From the NCBI GenBank assembly GCA_963693365.1, contig CAVNZM010000006.1:7915264-7979263 (forward strand): a stretch of 64,000 nucleotides of DNA, given 5' to 3'. Of this stretch, positions 49,058 to 64,000 are shown in pieces (position 1 is the stretch's first letter; each line of letters begins with the position of its first letter). The position numbers and the translations under genes were made by a program. The notes below the pieces were generated by a model that saw only the letters and a program-made list of their open reading frames with translations, did not search any database and was not told the origin of the DNA. This DNA is from Amoebidium appalachense (taxonomy: Eukaryota; Protista; Ichthyosporea).

Positions 49058-49978
49058 CCTCCCCCCCCCCTCCCCCCCCCCCCCCCCCCCTCCCCGCCCT
49101 CCCCCTCCCCCCCTTCCCCCCCCCCCCCCCCCAAAAAAAAAAAAAAAAAAGAAAGAAAGAAAGAAAAAAAAAACTGCCCTTTTACCCTACCTGTATATAT
49201 TTGTAGGAAGGAGAGAAGAAGGGGAGATGGGTGGGGGGGGGGGGGGGGTTCGGAGACTTGAGGAAAGACAACCGGCACATTCATGAGAAACGTGACACGG
49301 GAGTTTCGTGGTAATAATTGTTGCTTATATTATATTATAATCACATAGTCACAGAGTTTTATATCAATACTCAACAGAAACGATTGGTATTATCGACCAA
49401 AGAAGTTTTTTTTGTTTTTTGTTTTTTTTGGTTATTATTTTTAATAGGGCTATCCGTCAGTGCCTCATGAACATAGATGATGTATATCTTATTACAACAT
49501 CACAGAAGATGTTGGTGATTTTTACACCATCCTACCACAAAAGGAATATATAACCCCCACACGTGTATCTGTTTCGCATCACCTAGCAGGGGAACACCAT
49601 AACCACATTCATCTATTTGTCATAGCATAAAAGAAACTACCACTATCACATACATGATCTATTTTAATATATACTGTGTTAGGTCCTATTCGCGCAAATT
49701 CATTGGATTTCAAGCATTCCCGTTAAATCCTCAAACCCCCCCCCCCCCCCTCCCCTCGTACCTTCACCTCCGCCGCCTCCCCCCCCCCCCCCTCCCTCCC
49801 CCCGCTCCCTCTCCCTTCCCCCTGCAGCCCCCCCCCCCCCCCCCCCCCCCTTCCCCCCGCTCCCTCTCCCTTCCCCCCCCAACCCCTCAACCCCCCCCCC
49901 CCCCCCCCCCCCTACTACACCACCACAGGAAGAAAAAAAAAGAAACAAAAAAAAAAAAATTAAAACAGAAAACCAATC

Positions 49979-63967
<13,989 letters not shown>

Positions 63968-64000
63968 CTGGTGAAATTTCGTGTAAATTAAAAAATGTGT

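Overview
Intron-rich eukaryotic genomic DNA. Almost every ORF in the supplied track is an artefact of (CA)n, (CT)n or poly-C/G microsatellites. Splicing by eye reconstructs five genes: (1) the 3' part of a neurofibromin (NF1) homologue, +, 24 exons, 1213-22808; (2) V-ATPase proteolipid subunit c, -, 3 exons; (3) an uncharacterised secreted protein of about 456 aa, -, 5 exons; (4) mitochondrial aconitase, -, 14 exons; (5) the 3' part of a type-I membrane receptor, -, 49979-63967. The receptor has tandem GCC2/GCC3 (ephrin-receptor-like) Cys repeats, a furin-like repeat, one TM helix, a cytoplasmic SAM domain and YDxP/GYL tyrosine motifs, but no kinase. It is the most interesting item. The non-coding DNA holds two adjacent palindromic MITEs (one Kolobok-like), several minisatellites, a hairpin-unit satellite, a dispersed poly-C-embedded repeat family of about 130 bp, and many decayed copies of exon boundaries. 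A unicellular holozoan source (e.g. an ichthyosporean) is my inference only. All family assignments come from recalled motifs, not database searches.
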